Notes: a model not told the origin generated them from the letters alone. A stretch of 63,242 nucleotides of DNA, filler included, from Octopus bimaculoides (GCF_001194135.2; 5 parts of 5 records of this genome joined end to end with filler, not necessarily neighbours in it), one strand, 5' to 3'. Counted from the first letter of the whole stretch, positions 48,277 to 62,090 are shown. Made by a program: numbers and translations.

Positions 48277-48643
48277 GGTGGAGATGGAGTATATGTAATC
48301 TGGGTATCCCCCACCTTTAAAATTTTTTTATTTTTTTTTTACGGAATCCCACGTTTTAGGCTATGGAGATTACGATTCTGAAAAAAGATTTTCAGAAGTC
48401 TCAATTTCAAAATTTCGACCTCCCTCCCCCGGTTTTTATATAGATCCACAGGGTAAACCTAACCCTGACACTAGTTTTGTGAGATTTGGCTGTTATTTCT
48501 AGCATGTAAATAGCCTGCTTGGTGGGGGGGTTGAAATTTTTTTTCAGAATCGGAATCTCCATAGCCTAAAACGTGGGATTCCGTAAAAAAATTAATAAAT
48601 AGGTGGGGGGAAAGGTTCAGATTACATATAGTCCATCTCTACC
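48277..48643. mobile_element. Merlin-type MITE with about 110-bp TIRs and an 8-bp TSD
   Basis: GGTGGAGATGGAGTATATGTAATC... mirrored by ...GATTACATATAGTCCATCTCTACC. AATGATCC lies directly on both sides (48269-48276 and 48644-48651). Confidence 0.8.
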
Positions 48644-48926
48644 AATGATCCTTTTATTTACGAAGATTGTGCAGAGTGGGATACAACCTAGTCACCCACA
48701 GAGTTAATCTTCCCTTCCTAATCAACCTATAATGCTCACCTTATACCTTGAGTGTTTGTTCTGGCATCCCATCACTACAATCTTTATCTTCTTCCTAGCT
48801 ACTCTCATCCACCTTTATATAATTCAGGGTAACCATAGCATGAAGCCTTTGCTTGTCTCTCTGTCATACCTGGTATAAAGCCACCACACTGGAAGGGGCC
48901 ACAGTTTCCTCCGTTGATGGCACAAT

Positions 48927-49063
48927 TCCCACCGATGGGGTCTCGTGACATGCCGGCAGTGTATTAATAATTGCCAGCAATGTCCCATTTTCCCATTCCC
49001 ACCGATGGGGTCTCTGGACATGCCAGCAGTGTATTAATAACTGCCAGCAATGTCCCATTTTCC
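48927..49063. repeat. Tandem duplication of about 68 bp
   Basis: TCCCACCGATGGGGTCTC...AATGTCCCATTTTCC occurs twice. Confidence 0.85.
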
Positions 49064-50708
49064 GTTTTGTCTTTCCATGTATCATGGGAGGGTGGAGCTC
49101 CACCGCTTTATCCGGAAGATCTTTTCTCTCTCCCATAGCTTCAAGATCCTTCAGTGGGCAACCATTGTTGCCCACCTTCNNNNNNNNNNNNNNNNNNNNN
49201 NNNNNNNNNNNNNNNNNNNNNNNTTAATTAATTAANNNNNNNNNNNNNNNNNNNNNNNNNNNNNNNNNNNNNNNNNNNNTTTTCAGATATAAAAGCAGTG
49301 GTAGTCACATGGTCAAAAAGTGGTTGATGATTGATAAAAAGGTTTTGAGTGCCATTAATATGGTCATCGATTTTGACTGTTGTTAAAAAGGTTTGGGAGT
49401 TTATATGTATGACTCATACATAAAGAATGGTGTATATTTGCGTGTAAGTGTATGTATGTACGTGTGTGTGCGCGTATGTGAATACGTGTGAGTATATGTC
49501 GGCGTTCCATTTATGTGTGTACGTGTGTGTGTGTGTGCACGCGTGTGTGCATGAGCGTATGTATATGTGTTGTGGTTGTCAGGGTGGTGTGTATGTGTAC
49601 GTGTGTATGCATGTGTATGTGTGTGTTATATTTGTCAGGGTGCTGTGTGTGTACATGTGTATATGTATGTCTGTGTGTGTATGCTACGTTTATCTGGGTA
49701 TATATAACTGTAAAAATATGTGACAATTATTCAGTAGTCATGATAAAACTCCGAGGTCTCTTTCTTTCTTTTGTTGTCTTTTCTTTCATTATAATATTCA
49801 GAACGTTTCCTCTATACAAATTCAAAAACAATGCTAGCCAAAATGAGCGCATTAGCAAAGAAATATTTTTTATAAGAAAATACCGACCATGTCTAAATTC
49901 TCTAAACTAGCAACACTGAGACTTTCATATATATTTTAATATTTTTATACGTAGATTTGCAAGTTATTCATAAGATTTAAACAAAGGGGATCGAAGAACC
50001 CGATTTCTATTAAAACCATAGGGGGAACAACTTCACCACGACGACTACCACCACTACTAGTACTACTACTACTACTATTGTTATTATCATGACTGCTGCT
50101 AGTTATTCGACAGCTACAACCACTCCTAGAACTCTTGACCACTATTTGATTTACTAAAACAGATAGTAGTAATCTACTAAAAGAACAAGTTGGAATTACC
50201 ATATTTACAGTGTTCACGGAAAGGACCACGTGCGCATACAAGAAATAACAGTAAACTATGAATGTCATTCTTAATTTTAATTTCAATTTTATTTTATTAA
50301 TAACCCTTTTCTCTTCTCACATATTTNNNNNNNNNNNNNNNNNNNNNNNNNNNNNNNNNNNNNNNNNNNNNNNNNNNNNNNNNNNNNNNNNNNNNNNNNN
50401 NNNNNNNNNNNNNNNNNNNNNNNNNNNNNNNNNNNNNNNNNNNNNNNNATATATATATATATATAATTATTACAAATTAAAATGGTAAAGGATTATCAAT
50501 TTATTAATTCATAAATCAATTAACAATTAACAATTTTTACCAAGCCCATCGGTATGAAAGCACCATTAAAGGTGGAGAACTTATTTAAAAGCTCATAAAT
50601 AAATAAATAAATATATATATATATATACGTGTGTGTATATATATTTATATATATGTATATATATATGTGTATATATATGTGTGTGTGTGTGTGGGTGGGT
50701 GGGTGTGT

Positions 50709-51143
50709 AAGTAATGTTTATCGATACTTCAACATAGCTGTTCTGTAGGAACCGACGTTACTATCGTTTTTAACACCAGGAGGACGCCTCCTCCGGCTGG
50801 TTAACAATGCAACCTGCACCCGATATATATTGCAAGCAGGAGAGCGAACCCCCATCAGCTTCCAGCGACGAGGGGACCACCAGACCGTCCGGTTTCGAGC
50901 TATTTGTGCTCATCCTCAGTGGTGGACACCCGTCCGCTGCAGCTCGCAATATATAGAAAAATAAGTGACAACCAGTCACTAATCTTGCAACAAGCAGATT
51001 TGCTACTTAGAAATTCTCTATAAGATTTGTAATATATATCGGGTGTAGATTACATCGACAACCAGCTGTAGGAGGCGTTCTCCTGAGGTTAAAAATGGTA
51101 GGAACGTCGAACGGCCATGTTGAAATGGTGATAAACATTACTT
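50709..51143. mobile_element. Element with about 120-bp imperfect inverted arms (MITE or Penelope-like remnant)
   Basis: AAGTAATGTTTATC...CACCCGATATATATT(G/A)CAA arms at 50709-50836 and 51026-51143. Confidence 0.6.
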
Positions 51144-51664
51144 CTCAGTATAGTTACTACTTTCATCTCATATAGAAATTTTCTAACTAGCTACTTGGCT
51201 TATATATGTGTGTTTGTGTGTGTGTGTGTTGGTATATATGCATGTATATACATGCGAGCATATAACCATATATAGAGCTTGTATGAGAATAAAGACCGGA
51301 AGTGAATGTTAGAGGAATTGCCTATAACAGAAATGCAGTTCAGAATTTTGAGAACCATGAATGGCACACACACACTCATACACACACGCACACACACACG
51401 TACGCACCACACACATACATACATACATACATACATACATACATGATGGCCGTCCACTCGTGACCGAAGAAGACCATTGCCGACCTTCGGGAACATTGTG
51501 CGCTCTAGGACTAACTTATATTTTGCATTTGCAGCTCCATTGGTGGCTAATGAGCCCTGCTCTTGACAAGTATACACTACTGCAAACATTGCAGATTAAG
51601 CTTTCCCCATTCACTGTACGAGCCGTGCGCTTTCGGGCAGCTCACTTAAGTTCTTCATGCTGGA

Positions 51665-51990
51665 TACGTGCTCTCTCAAAAGTGTTGATCCCCTCCTTAA
51701 CCTGCTTCCTCCATCTGTGGCGATGTCAGGCATTGTTCTCCCAGTCAGTGTCCTGCATGTCACAAGCCTTTAATGAGGACTTGACACAATCCTGAAATCG
51801 CAGCCTTGATTTCTGCCGGAGTCCTTCCATTCACAAGTTCTCCATAGAGCATCTGCTTAGGAATCCTGCTATCCGTCATTCTAATAAGGTGTCCAGTCCA
51901 ACGTAACTGGTGCTTGTGCACCATTGCCTCAATACTCAAGATATCAGCTGTCCTCAAGACCTGTGTGTCTGGAATTTTTGAGGTCCAGCC
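51665..51990 (-). mobile_element. RTE LINE ORF2 C-terminal fragment
   Basis: QLRWTGHLIRMTDSRIPKQMLYGEL motif. Confidence 0.85.
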
Positions 51991-54091
51991 AAAATTCTCA
52001 GACACATACATACATACATACATACATACATACATAGGCACTCACACACATATACATGTCTGCATGCACATATATACATAGACAGCAGAATGACAGGTTG
52101 GAAGTTTCACTGCTGCTTCTGAAGTCAGAAGAGTGTGGTTACAATGAGATTTGACTGTTAATTTTTAAGACAGTGAAGTGTGATTTGAGGGATGTTTGGT
52201 TGCTACTTTTGACAAAAATCTTGGTGATCTAAGTGCGACTTACTTGCTATTTGTGAAAACATAAATGGATGTAGTTTGAGAAAGGTTTGGCTGCTATTTT
52301 TGTAGTTAGCTGGATGTGCCTTAAGGGCTGCAGTTTCTAAAAACAATAGTATCTGAATTGAAAGGGATATGGTTGCTACTTCTGAAGATACAAGTATGAA
52401 GACAGTTGGCTGAGATTTACGAGAGGTGCGTCTCGGTCGCCACATGCCATGCAACCACACACGCACACACACACACATACACACGCATATTTATCTTGAC
52501 GCCACTCTTGTGTTCAATCGACGAGCCTGCAATCTGATCTAACTGTAACAGTCTTAATAACAGGACACCATGAAGTTCTTGCATGTCAGGTTTTCAAATA
52601 CTTATTGCTACCCTTCACCGTCACCTACTTTGAGGGTTGACGAAATTAAGGACAAATCAGTAAGTGGTAATCTTTACACACACACACACACACGCACACA
52701 CACACACACATACACACACACACACGCACACACACATACACACACACATACGCACACGCGTATGTATTACATTAAAAAATGCGAGCAAGAGAGATAATAT
52801 TCTTAAGATTATAAACCTGGAAAAGTACAGGACAAGTTATCATGCTTGGAAAAGTTCAGGACAACTTATCACATTTAAACAAGAATATTTTTACTTAAAA
52901 TATTGCAGTTAAGAATAAAATTTGAATATTAAAAATTATTTGATTTTAATTTGCAAAGTAACATTATNNNNNNNNNNNNNNNNNNNNNNNNNNNNNNNNN
53001 NNNNNNNNNNNNNNNNNNNNNNNNNNNNNNNNNNNNNNNNNNNNNNNNNNNNNNNNNNNNNNNNNNNNNNNNNNNNNNNNNNNNNNNNNNNNNNNNNNNN
53101 NNNNNNNNNNNNNNNNNNNNNNNNNNNNNNNNNNNNNNNNNNNNNNNNNNNNNNNNNNNNNNNNNNNNNNNNNNNNNNNNNNNNNNNNNNNNNNNNNNNN
53201 NNNNNNNNNNNNNNNNNNNNNNNNNNNNNNNNNNNNNNNNNNNNNNNNNNNNNNNNNNNNNNNNNNNNNNNNNNNNNNNNNNNNNNNNNNNNNNNNNNNN
53301 NNNNNNNNNNNNNNNNNNNNNNNNNNNNNNNNNNNNNNNNNNNNNNNNNNNNNNNNNNNNNNNNNNNNNNNNNNNNNNNNNNNNNNNNNNNNNNNNNNNN
53401 NNNNNNNNNNNNNNNNNNNNNNNNNNNNNNNNNNNNNNNNNNNNNNNNNNNNNNNNNNNNNNNNNNNNNNNNNNNNNNNNNNNNNNNNNNNNNNNNNNNN
53501 NNNNNNNNNNNNNNNNNNNNNNNNNNNNNNNNNNNNNNNNNNNNNNNNNNNNNNNNNNNNNNNNNNNNNNNNNNNNNNNNNNNNNNNNNNNNNNNNNNNN
53601 NNNNNNNNNNNNNNNNNNNNNNNNNNNNNNNNNNNNNNNNNNNNNNNNNNNNNNNNNNNNNNNNNNNNNNNNNNNNNNNNNNNNNNNNNNNNNNNNNNNN
53701 NNNNNNNNATATATATATATATTTCATTAATTCAATAATAGGATAAAGTCTTTTATAAGAATTTATCAAGTAGCTAGCGTGAGAAAACCTCATAAAGGAA
53801 AAATCCATCATTTATTCCCCAAAATATATTTATTTATATAAGGGCATTACTATATATGAATGCCTGACGCTAAGAGGGAATCTAAGGTCAAACTACCATA
53901 ATAAACACATTTTTACCGAACGCGAGGAAATGCAACTCTCAAAGCTAGCACCCTAAAAACAGACTAAACTATAGTAGTTATTACAGTAATATGCAACTTC
54001 TACTCATCAGTATAGTATGGTCAAGACATAAAAATAAACAAAAAAAATCAACATACCAGACGAACAACTCATATATATATACTTATACGCA

Positions 54092-55190
54092 CTTAGATGC
54101 ATTCCAGAAGGTTTGAGACATTTTCAGGGGAATCAGTTATTGCTGAACTCGATTATTGTAATCTTTTACTGTATCATTTCTATACATCTAATAAACTGAC
54201 CTGCTAATATTTGTTATTCTAGATTGAAAGGCACGGATGTAACAGACCTTTGAACACACCTTACTAAACACTGTCTGTGACAGCTGACTAGTGTGCAAGA
54301 TGCGTTCGAGACGTGAAGACAATTTGAATGCTCGCTGTGCAATAAAGGTTTATGTTAAACTAGGAAAGACACTATGGATGTGTCGGAGGGAGAGGGACGT
54401 TGGAACATCAGATATGGTTGAGGAAATTCGAAATTTTCTGAATGAAGACCATCGTGTGCTTGTAAAAATACAGTTTGGAGTTGGTGTGGTAATTGTGCAC
54501 AGATTTATTCATGAAGATCAGAACGTGCAAAATTTATGCAAATTTCTTCCCATGGTGCTTAGTGACGAACACGAAGGAAAGACGTGTTAGTGACAGCCGG
54601 GAGATGGCTGAGCTCCTTACTGCCAATCAAAGTGTATTTGAATTTCTGCTGACCTGCGACGAAAGCTGAATCTACCGTTATAATCCAGAGACCTAGAGAC
54701 ACAGTGACCAATGGAAGCGTCCTGGCTACCGAAACCCAATAGGACTAGGCAAAGCAAGTCCACAGGTAAGCTCCTGATGATCCCGTTTTTCAAAAGCAAG
54801 GACATCATCTATATCTGCTGGATTCCCTGGCCAGACAGTCAAAAACAAGTATTTTGCAGAGGTTTTGAGGGAAGTGAGGGTCGGTAGCACTTGCCCCAGG
54901 ACAATGTACCATCTTATTAACCAACTACGCGACAGAGACGGGCATTAAAACTGTCCCGCATCCTCCCTGCAATTCCGACCTTGTCCCTCGTAACTTTTGG
55001 TTGCAATCCAAGCTGAAGGAGGCTGTGACAAGAGTCCCTGGATACATTAACACTGGAGGGAGTGTACGGGGAATTCACATAATGGCCGGATCACTAACAT
55101 AAGAGCACTAAGGGGATTAGAGTTTTGTACACATTTGAAATGAATAAATGTCTCCCTTGTAGAAGTTTCAAACTTATGGAATGCACCTTG
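54092..55190 (+). mobile_element. Degraded, internally deleted mariner
   Basis: Imperfect TIRs (GATGCATTCCAGAAGGTTTGAGAC / GTTTCAAACTTATGGAATGCACCTTG-TA). Remnants include AIKVYVKLGK, LTCDES and VPHPPCNSDLVP. Confidence 0.7.
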
Positions 55191-55632
55191 TATATATTAA
55201 TACATAATTATAAGCATAAATATGTACTTATGTATATAAACACACACACGCAACTAGGTACGTAGATACGTACATGCTAAATACTTATATATTTATATAT
55301 ATATATAAACATATACGCGTGTTTATATATATGTGTGTGTGTTTGTGTATGTTTGTGTGTGTACGTGTGCGTGTGTGTGTGTGTGGTGAGTATGTGCGTG
55401 TGTATATGTTCACCCACTTCTTTTTGTTTATTCAAGAACTAAATGTTACGTGCTGCTTTTAAATGAAAGTAAAATTTCAAAACTTTCATGCAAAAATGAC
55501 ATTTTTTAAAACATTTTTCTTTTAGTTATTTAGTTATTTTCATCATTTATAAGTGTTGTTGTTGTTTTTGTTGTTGTCATTGTCGTTGTTGTTATTGTTA
55601 TCGTAATCGACAGTCGGTGAGAAAATTTGTTT

Positions 55633-55666
<34 letters not shown>

Positions 55667-56339
55667 NNNNNNNNNNNNNNNNNNNNNNNNNNNNNNNNNN
55701 NNNNNNNNNNNNNNNNNNNNNNNNNNNNNNNNNNNNNNNNNNNNNNNNNNNNNNNNNNNNNNNNNNNNNNNNNNNNNNNNNNNNNNNNNNNNNNNNNNNN
55801 NNNNNNNNNNNNNNNNNNNNNNNNNNNNNNNNNNNNNNNNNNNNNNNNNNNNNNNNNNNNNNNNNNNNNNNNNNNNNNNNNNNNNNNNNNNNNNNNNNNN
55901 NNNNNNNNNNNNNNNNNNNNNNNNNNNNNNNNNNNNNNNNNNNNNNNNNNNNNNNNNNNNNNNNNNNNNNNNNNNNNNNNNNNNNNNNNNNNNNNNNNNN
56001 NNNNNNNNNNNNNNNNNNNNNNNNNNNNNNNNNNNNNNNNNNNNNNNNNNNNNNNNNNNNNNNNNNNNNNNNNNNNNNNNNNNNNNNNNNNNNNNNNNNN
56101 NNNNNNNNNNNNNNNNNNNNNNNNNNNNNNNNNNNNNNNNNNNNNNNNNNNNNNNNNNNNNNNNNNNNNNNNNNNNNNNNNNNNNNNNNNNNNNNNNNNN
56201 NNNNNNNNNNNNNNNNNNNNNNNNNNNNNNNNNNNNNNNNNNNNNNNNNNNNNNNNNNNNNNNNNNNNNNNNNNNNNNNNNNNNNNNNNNNNNNNNNNNN
56301 NNNNNNNNNNNNNNNNNNNNNNNNNNNNNNNNNNNNNNN

Positions 56340-56372
<33 letters not shown>

Positions 56373-56843
56373 GTATACGCTACAATACACAGAGAGAGCC
56401 ATCTGTAGATTTTACACGCATCTATTCACAAAATATGCATATTCTTAATATGTGAATATCAGCGTTTACATAGACATATAAATATTTACGAATTTACATG
56501 TGTGTGTGTGCATGTGTGTGCAAGTCTGTGTGTGTATAAGGATAGAAGGATGGCTTGAGATACGAATATACATATATATTAAATATACATATATACAAAT
56601 ATGTATACATATACACGTATTATGCGCATATATATTCGGGTATATATACTTATATATACGTATATATATATATATACAAAGAACATATACATACATACAA
56701 ATATATATATGCAATTAAGTTTTAACTATATATATATTTATATACATATATATATATTTATATATTTATATACACACACACATCTATATGCATTCCAATG
56801 CACACCTAATTCGCTGCAGACAATTTAGAGCACCCATATAAAC

Positions 56844-56886
<43 letters not shown>

Positions 56887-57077
56887 AAACACATACACAA
56901 TGTCAGACGCACACACACATGTATGTATTCCCCCACCAATACTAAGTATTTCATGCATTTTATACATACGCATAAGTAAAGCGTATATGTGTGTGTGTGT
57001 ATGTATGTTTGTGTGTGTGTAGACATATAGATATAGATATATACAGACAGATAAATAGTAAATATATATATATATAT

Positions 57078-57108
<31 letters not shown>

Positions 57109-57285
57109 TGTATATGCGTGTGTATATATATGTATGCATATGTCAGTATGTATATGCGTGTATATATATGTATATACATATACATATATGTGTGTTTGTG
57201 TGTGTGTGTGTGTATGTATATGTACATACTCACATATATGCATAAACATATACATATATATATATATACATATATATATACATGN
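56340..57285. repeat. Compound (TA)n/(CA)n/(GA)n low-complexity region
   Basis: Direct reading. Similar tracts occur at 58880-59110 and 59380-59790. Confidence 0.9.
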
Positions 57286-57934
57286 NNNNNNNNNNNNNNN
57301 NNNNNNNNNNNNNNNNNNNNNNNNNNNNNNNNNNNNNNNNNNNNNNNNNNNNNNNNNNNNNNNNNNNNNNNNNNNNNNNNNNNNNNNNNNNNNNNNNNNN
57401 NNNNNNNNNNNNNNNNNNNNNNNNNNNNNNNNNNNNNNNNNNNNNNNNNNNNNNNNNNNNNNNNNNNNNNNNNNNNNNNNNNNNNNNNNNNNNNNNNNNN
57501 NNNNNNNNNNNNNNNNNNNNNNNNNNNNNNNNNNNNNNNNNNNNNNNNNNNNNNNNNNNNNNNNNNNNNNNNNNNNNNNNNNNNNNNNNNNNNNNNNNNN
57601 NNNNNNNNNNNNNNNNNNNNNNNNNNNNNNNNNNNNNNNNNNNNNNNNNNNNNNNNNNNNNNNNNNNNNNNNNNNNNNNNNNNNNNNNNNNNNNNNNNNN
57701 NNNNNNNNNNNNNNNNNNNNNNNNNNNNNNNNNNNNNNNNNNNNNNNNNNNNNNNNNNNNNNNNNNNNNNNNNNNNNNNNNNNNNNNNNNNNNNNNNNNN
57801 NNNNNNNNNNNNNNNNNNNNNNNNNNNNNNNNNNNNNNNNNNNNNNNNNNNNNNNNNNNNNNNNNNNNNNNNNNNNNNNNNNNNNNNNNNNNNNNNNNNN
57901 NNNNNNNNNNNNNNNNNNNNNNNNNNNNNNNNNN

Positions 57935-58001
<67 letters not shown>

Positions 58002-58010
58002 GCTGTTGCT
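57935..58010. repeat. (TTG)n microsatellite
   Basis: Direct reading. Confidence 0.95.
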
Positions 58011-58231
58011 GTCGCTGTGACGAGTCGTGAGAGATGCGGTTATGATGTTATTCGTTGACAATATAGGTTTTTATTTGCTTTTTATATGTGTATGTATGAC
58101 TGTATGTGTGTACGCACGTATACACATACACATGTGTGCATACATGGGTATGCACATATACAGCTATATACACATATACAGCTATATACACATATACAAC
58201 TATATACACGCACTCATACTACTCACTCCCC

Positions 58232-58420
58232 CTCTGGCAGAATCGTTAGCACGCAGGACGAAATGCTTATTGGTATTTCGTCTGCTGCTACGTTCTGAGT
58301 TCAAATCCTACCGAGGTCGACTTTGCCTTTCATCCTTTCGGGGTCGATAAATTTAGCACCAGTAAAACACTGGGATCGATGTAATCGTCTAGTCTTGGAC
58401 CTCCAGTAAAAAGGGATTAT
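58232..58420 (+). mobile_element. SINE family C
   Basis: CTGGCAGAATCGTTAGC head, GAGTTCAAATCC B-box and GAGGTCGACTTTGCCTTTCATCC core. Confidence 0.75.
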
Positions 58421-58424
58421 TATT

Positions 58425-58800
58425 ACAAAAAGTGGGTGTAGAGAGGTAAATTCTGCTCCCCAGTAAATTTGTTGAAATGTGGGTGAATGTGGCGAGGATG
58501 GCTCGTGTGAATGGGCCTACTCTGAACTTCCGTTTGTAAACCGGAGGATTTGAGAAGGAGAGAGGCTCTTGCTGAGGTGCATCTGGCCATCGGGATAACC
58601 AGAATGTATGGGGTTCCCCGGTTTTGGGGGAAATTTTATTGTTTAATTTTTTTGTTGTTTTTATTATTTATTGTATACACTGCATTGTTCAGCACTCCAC
58701 TTGTCTCTTGTATTGCATCGTCTCTATTTGATTCGTGTTCGGACCTTTTGGTCAATAAAAGAAACTATTATTATTATTGTTATTATTATTATTATTGTAG
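58425..58800 (+). mobile_element. Probable L1/Tx1-clade LINE 3' end
   Basis: ORF tip KFVEMWVNVARMARVNGPTL, then a UTR ending AATAAAAGAAACT(ATT)n. Confidence 0.45.
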
Positions 58801-58918
58801 CTATCAACATTGCTAACATTTGTAGAAATATGCGACCCGAGAGTGTTTTGATAAACGAATAAAATACACATTTCAGCTTGGTTATATGTGTATATGTATA
58901 TGTATATCTATATGTATA

Positions 58919-58969
<51 letters not shown>

Positions 58970-59050
58970 ATGTATATATATATATACATATATATATATG
59001 ACTATGTATGCATGTATTTATATATATATGTATAAACATATATATGTATA

Positions 59051-59086
<36 letters not shown>

Positions 59087-60039
59087 TGTATGTATGTATG
59101 TATGTACGTACGCATGTATCTTACCATTTACTTCCAGTTGGACGTAGAATCATTATTCCAAGTGGAAACTCATATTTTTATTATAAACATCAGGCTTATT
59201 TTATTTTTGTTGCGTTCTTTTTTTTATTTTTTGTAAAAGTCTTTTTTTATTATCAACAAATCATGAAAACTGGTAAAATTATTTTAAAAATATAATAAAG
59301 CTGAAATGAATTATAAAACAGAAAGAAAAGTGACAGAGATATGTATAAACAATAACAGTTTCATAACGTATACTCAGGTATACATAAATACATACACATA
59401 AACACATGCTAACGCACATGTATACACACACGCACACACTCACACACACATACAGACACGTATAGAAACTAAAACAAACACCCATACAGCGTATTCAATA
59501 CACACAGGGACGTCCGTGTAAACCTGCAAATGAAGACGGATACACAACCACATGCATAAACTCATTCATACGGACGCATACATTATACATAAACGCATAC
59601 ACGCGCACGCGCACTCACACGCGCAATACACGCACACAACCACACGTACACACACAAATGCATCCGTGTACGCCCTAGACGCTTAAGAAACATACATACA
59701 TACACGCATGCATTCATGCATACATATTCAGACGTACATCCGAACTCACACACAGGTGTGTGTGTGTGTACATCTATATATATATATATATGCACGGTGG
59801 TGCGTTAGCATGGCCGCAGCTCTAAGCTGAAACTTTAAAAAAAGAAAAAATATATATATATACACACATATATACANNNNNNNNNNNNNNNNNNNNNNNN
59901 NNNNNNNNNNNNNNNNNNNNNNNNNNNNNNNNNNNNNNNNNNNNNNNNNNNNNNNNNNNNNNNNNNNNNNNNNNNNNNNNNNNNNNNNNNNNNNNNNNNN
60001 NNNNNNNNNNNNNNNNNNNNNNNNNNNNNNNNNNNNNNN

Positions 60040-60250
60040 GATGTTGAAAAGTTCCTGGCTTTGGGTAAAAGAAAATACAGGAGGATCAGTTAATCATGGT
60101 TTTATTCAACATAATCCCCTCTCAGATTCATATACTTATTGCAGCGGTCCTTCAGCTTTTCTAAGTCCTGTAAAAGAACTCTGAAGGCTGGTCCTCCAAC
60201 CAAGCCTTTCGCGACACTCTTAAAGGCAAGAGCTTTTCAGCATCCCCTCG
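60040..60250 (-). mobile_element. Mariner-derived MITE
   Basis: (CGAGGGG)ATGTTGAAAAGTTCC vs GAGCTTTTCAGCATCCCCTCG|TA. The interior minus strand reads LKDRCNKYMNLRGDYVE*, a mariner C-terminus. Confidence 0.7.
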
Positions 60251-60329
60251 TATACCTACGCGCGTATATAGATATATATATATATCATTCTCATCGTCAA
60301 GAACCCTTAAGTGATGCAGACAATCGTTG

Positions 60330-60945
60330 AGGCGCCTCCCTTTTGCCCTCCCTCAACTGGACTCTGGAGAATGTTTTTGGAGATGAAATTGTGACGGTGT
60401 ATAGACCATATCAGGTAAACTCAGCTTTTTTCTTGCGCAAGGAGTTGTTCCTCAGTGCCAGTGTATCTGTTGACTTTGCTACCTGATAAAGCTGTTCGTT
60501 TTATCCCTTATGCTCAAATGCCTCATGTCAGCTGTAAGCGTCCAGCTCTCACGCCCATACAGAAAGATCGAAGTCACCAAGCACTTGTACTGTTTTAATC
60601 TTTGAAAACTAATGGAATTGATTTTCTATATGGTGCTCAGCTTTGTCATGGCACCAGAGGCTAAACGGAGTCTTGTTATTTCTTTTTGAAATCTGCCGTC
60701 CTTGGTCAAATTGGATCCTAAATACTTGAAAGTGTCCACTTTGTCAAGTCATTCTCTATTCAGAATGGTGCTGATTGCTGTGTTTTGGTTGTCACTATTA
60801 ACCAGGATCTTGCTCGTTTCTGGATTGATCTCCATCCCGTATGCTCCTGATACTTTTTCTAGTCTGGTGGTGAGCTGCTGTAGTTCTGCTTCACTGCTTC
60901 CTAACAGGCCTACATTGGAGTGTTCGCGCAGCATCCTTAACAATG
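60330..60945 (-). mobile_element. RTE LINE reverse-transcriptase remnant
   Basis: GLLGSSEAELQQLTTRLEKVSGAYGMEINPETSKILVN, the post-YADD segment of RTE RT. Confidence 0.8.
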
Positions 60946-61099
60946 AACAGATACGCTGGTTCTCACCTTACTCTCACTTTTGTCAGCCGAAAGCAACTAC
61001 AGCTATAAAGGCCCCTACACCGACTACCCTTGACCTTCCCAAAGACTGTCTTGGGATGGGGAACGTTTTGTGGAAGGACTAAGGAACTTACGAACTTGA

Positions 61100-61510
61100 C
61101 AGTTACACCTGAGATATCGCTGAGATATCGCTGAGATATCGCTGAGATATCGCTGAGATAGCGTTGGCTGAAGTTAAGTGGACTGGATTTGGCGGGACAA
61201 CAAAGGATGAAGGCCACAAATTGCAGTAAAGCCAAGATAACACTAAACATGAACATGGAGTGAGATTCATCGTTAAAGAAGCTAGAGTAAGGTCAGTTGT
61301 CAGCTGTACAACAGTATTTAGCAGGTTCGTCATCATACATGTGGCTGCATGACCACAGATTATTACCATCATACAAGTTTATACACCAACGTTTGAATAT
61401 GATGTTGATGTCGATGAGAAATTCTATAAAAATTGAAGAACATAATCAGGGCAGCACCTAAAAAAGATGTCCTCACTATGCGAGGAGACGTGAGCACCAA
61501 AGTAGGCCCG
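61100..61510 (+). mobile_element. RTE LINE endonuclease remnant with an 11-bp tandem expansion
   Basis: LAEVKWTG, HGVRFIV, IIQVYTPT, FY and GDVSTKVG motifs. (CTGAGATATCG)x4 plus one variant at 61109-61163. Confidence 0.75.
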
Positions 61511-61749
61511 ATCGTGGACTGCGACTTCTAGAATTCGCTAGCACTCACAAGGTTGAACTAGCCAACATACCTACATACACATATACATGTATATANNNNN
61601 NNNNNNNNNNNNNNNNNNNNNNNNNNNNNNNNNNNNNNNTTAATTAATTAANNNNNNNNNNNNNNNNNNNNNNNNNNNNNNNNNNNNNNNNNNNNCCTAA
61701 CTCTCCCTTAACCCCAAACTCCCCCTTAAACCCCCCCCCACTAACTCCC

Positions 61750-62090
61750 CACTCAACTCCAGCATCACATGATACAGTGGATTTTTTCCAGGGCATGTTG
61801 ACCTTAACTTTTCCCTTGCTTCACTCCAGCATCACAGGTTAACAGTGAATATTTAAGGGCTTGACACCCACCTCTACCCCAACCTCACATGTTACAGTGG
61901 ATATTTAAGGGCCTGCTAACCTTAAGGCCCTTTCCTTCTCCTCCCCAACTCTAACAACACACGGTACAATAAACTTTTAAAGGATCTGTTGACGTAATCC
62001 CTCCTCTCCCCTACTTCACTCCAACACCTCATGAGTGAATTTCTGAAGGGCCTGCCAAACCTAAGCCCTTTCACTCCAGCATCACATGGC
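61750..62090. repeat. Degenerate minisatellite of about 55-75 bp units
   Basis: Recurring ACTCCAGCATCACATG..ACAGTG(G/A)AT.TTTAAGGGC blocks, about 5-6 copies. Confidence 0.6.

Noticed and set aside
20538-58061. Long ORFs in the six-frame track (for example 22110-23198, 39324-40472, 56784-58061)
   Set aside because: They stay open only because they run through N gaps or dinucleotide microsatellites, and carry no coding signal.
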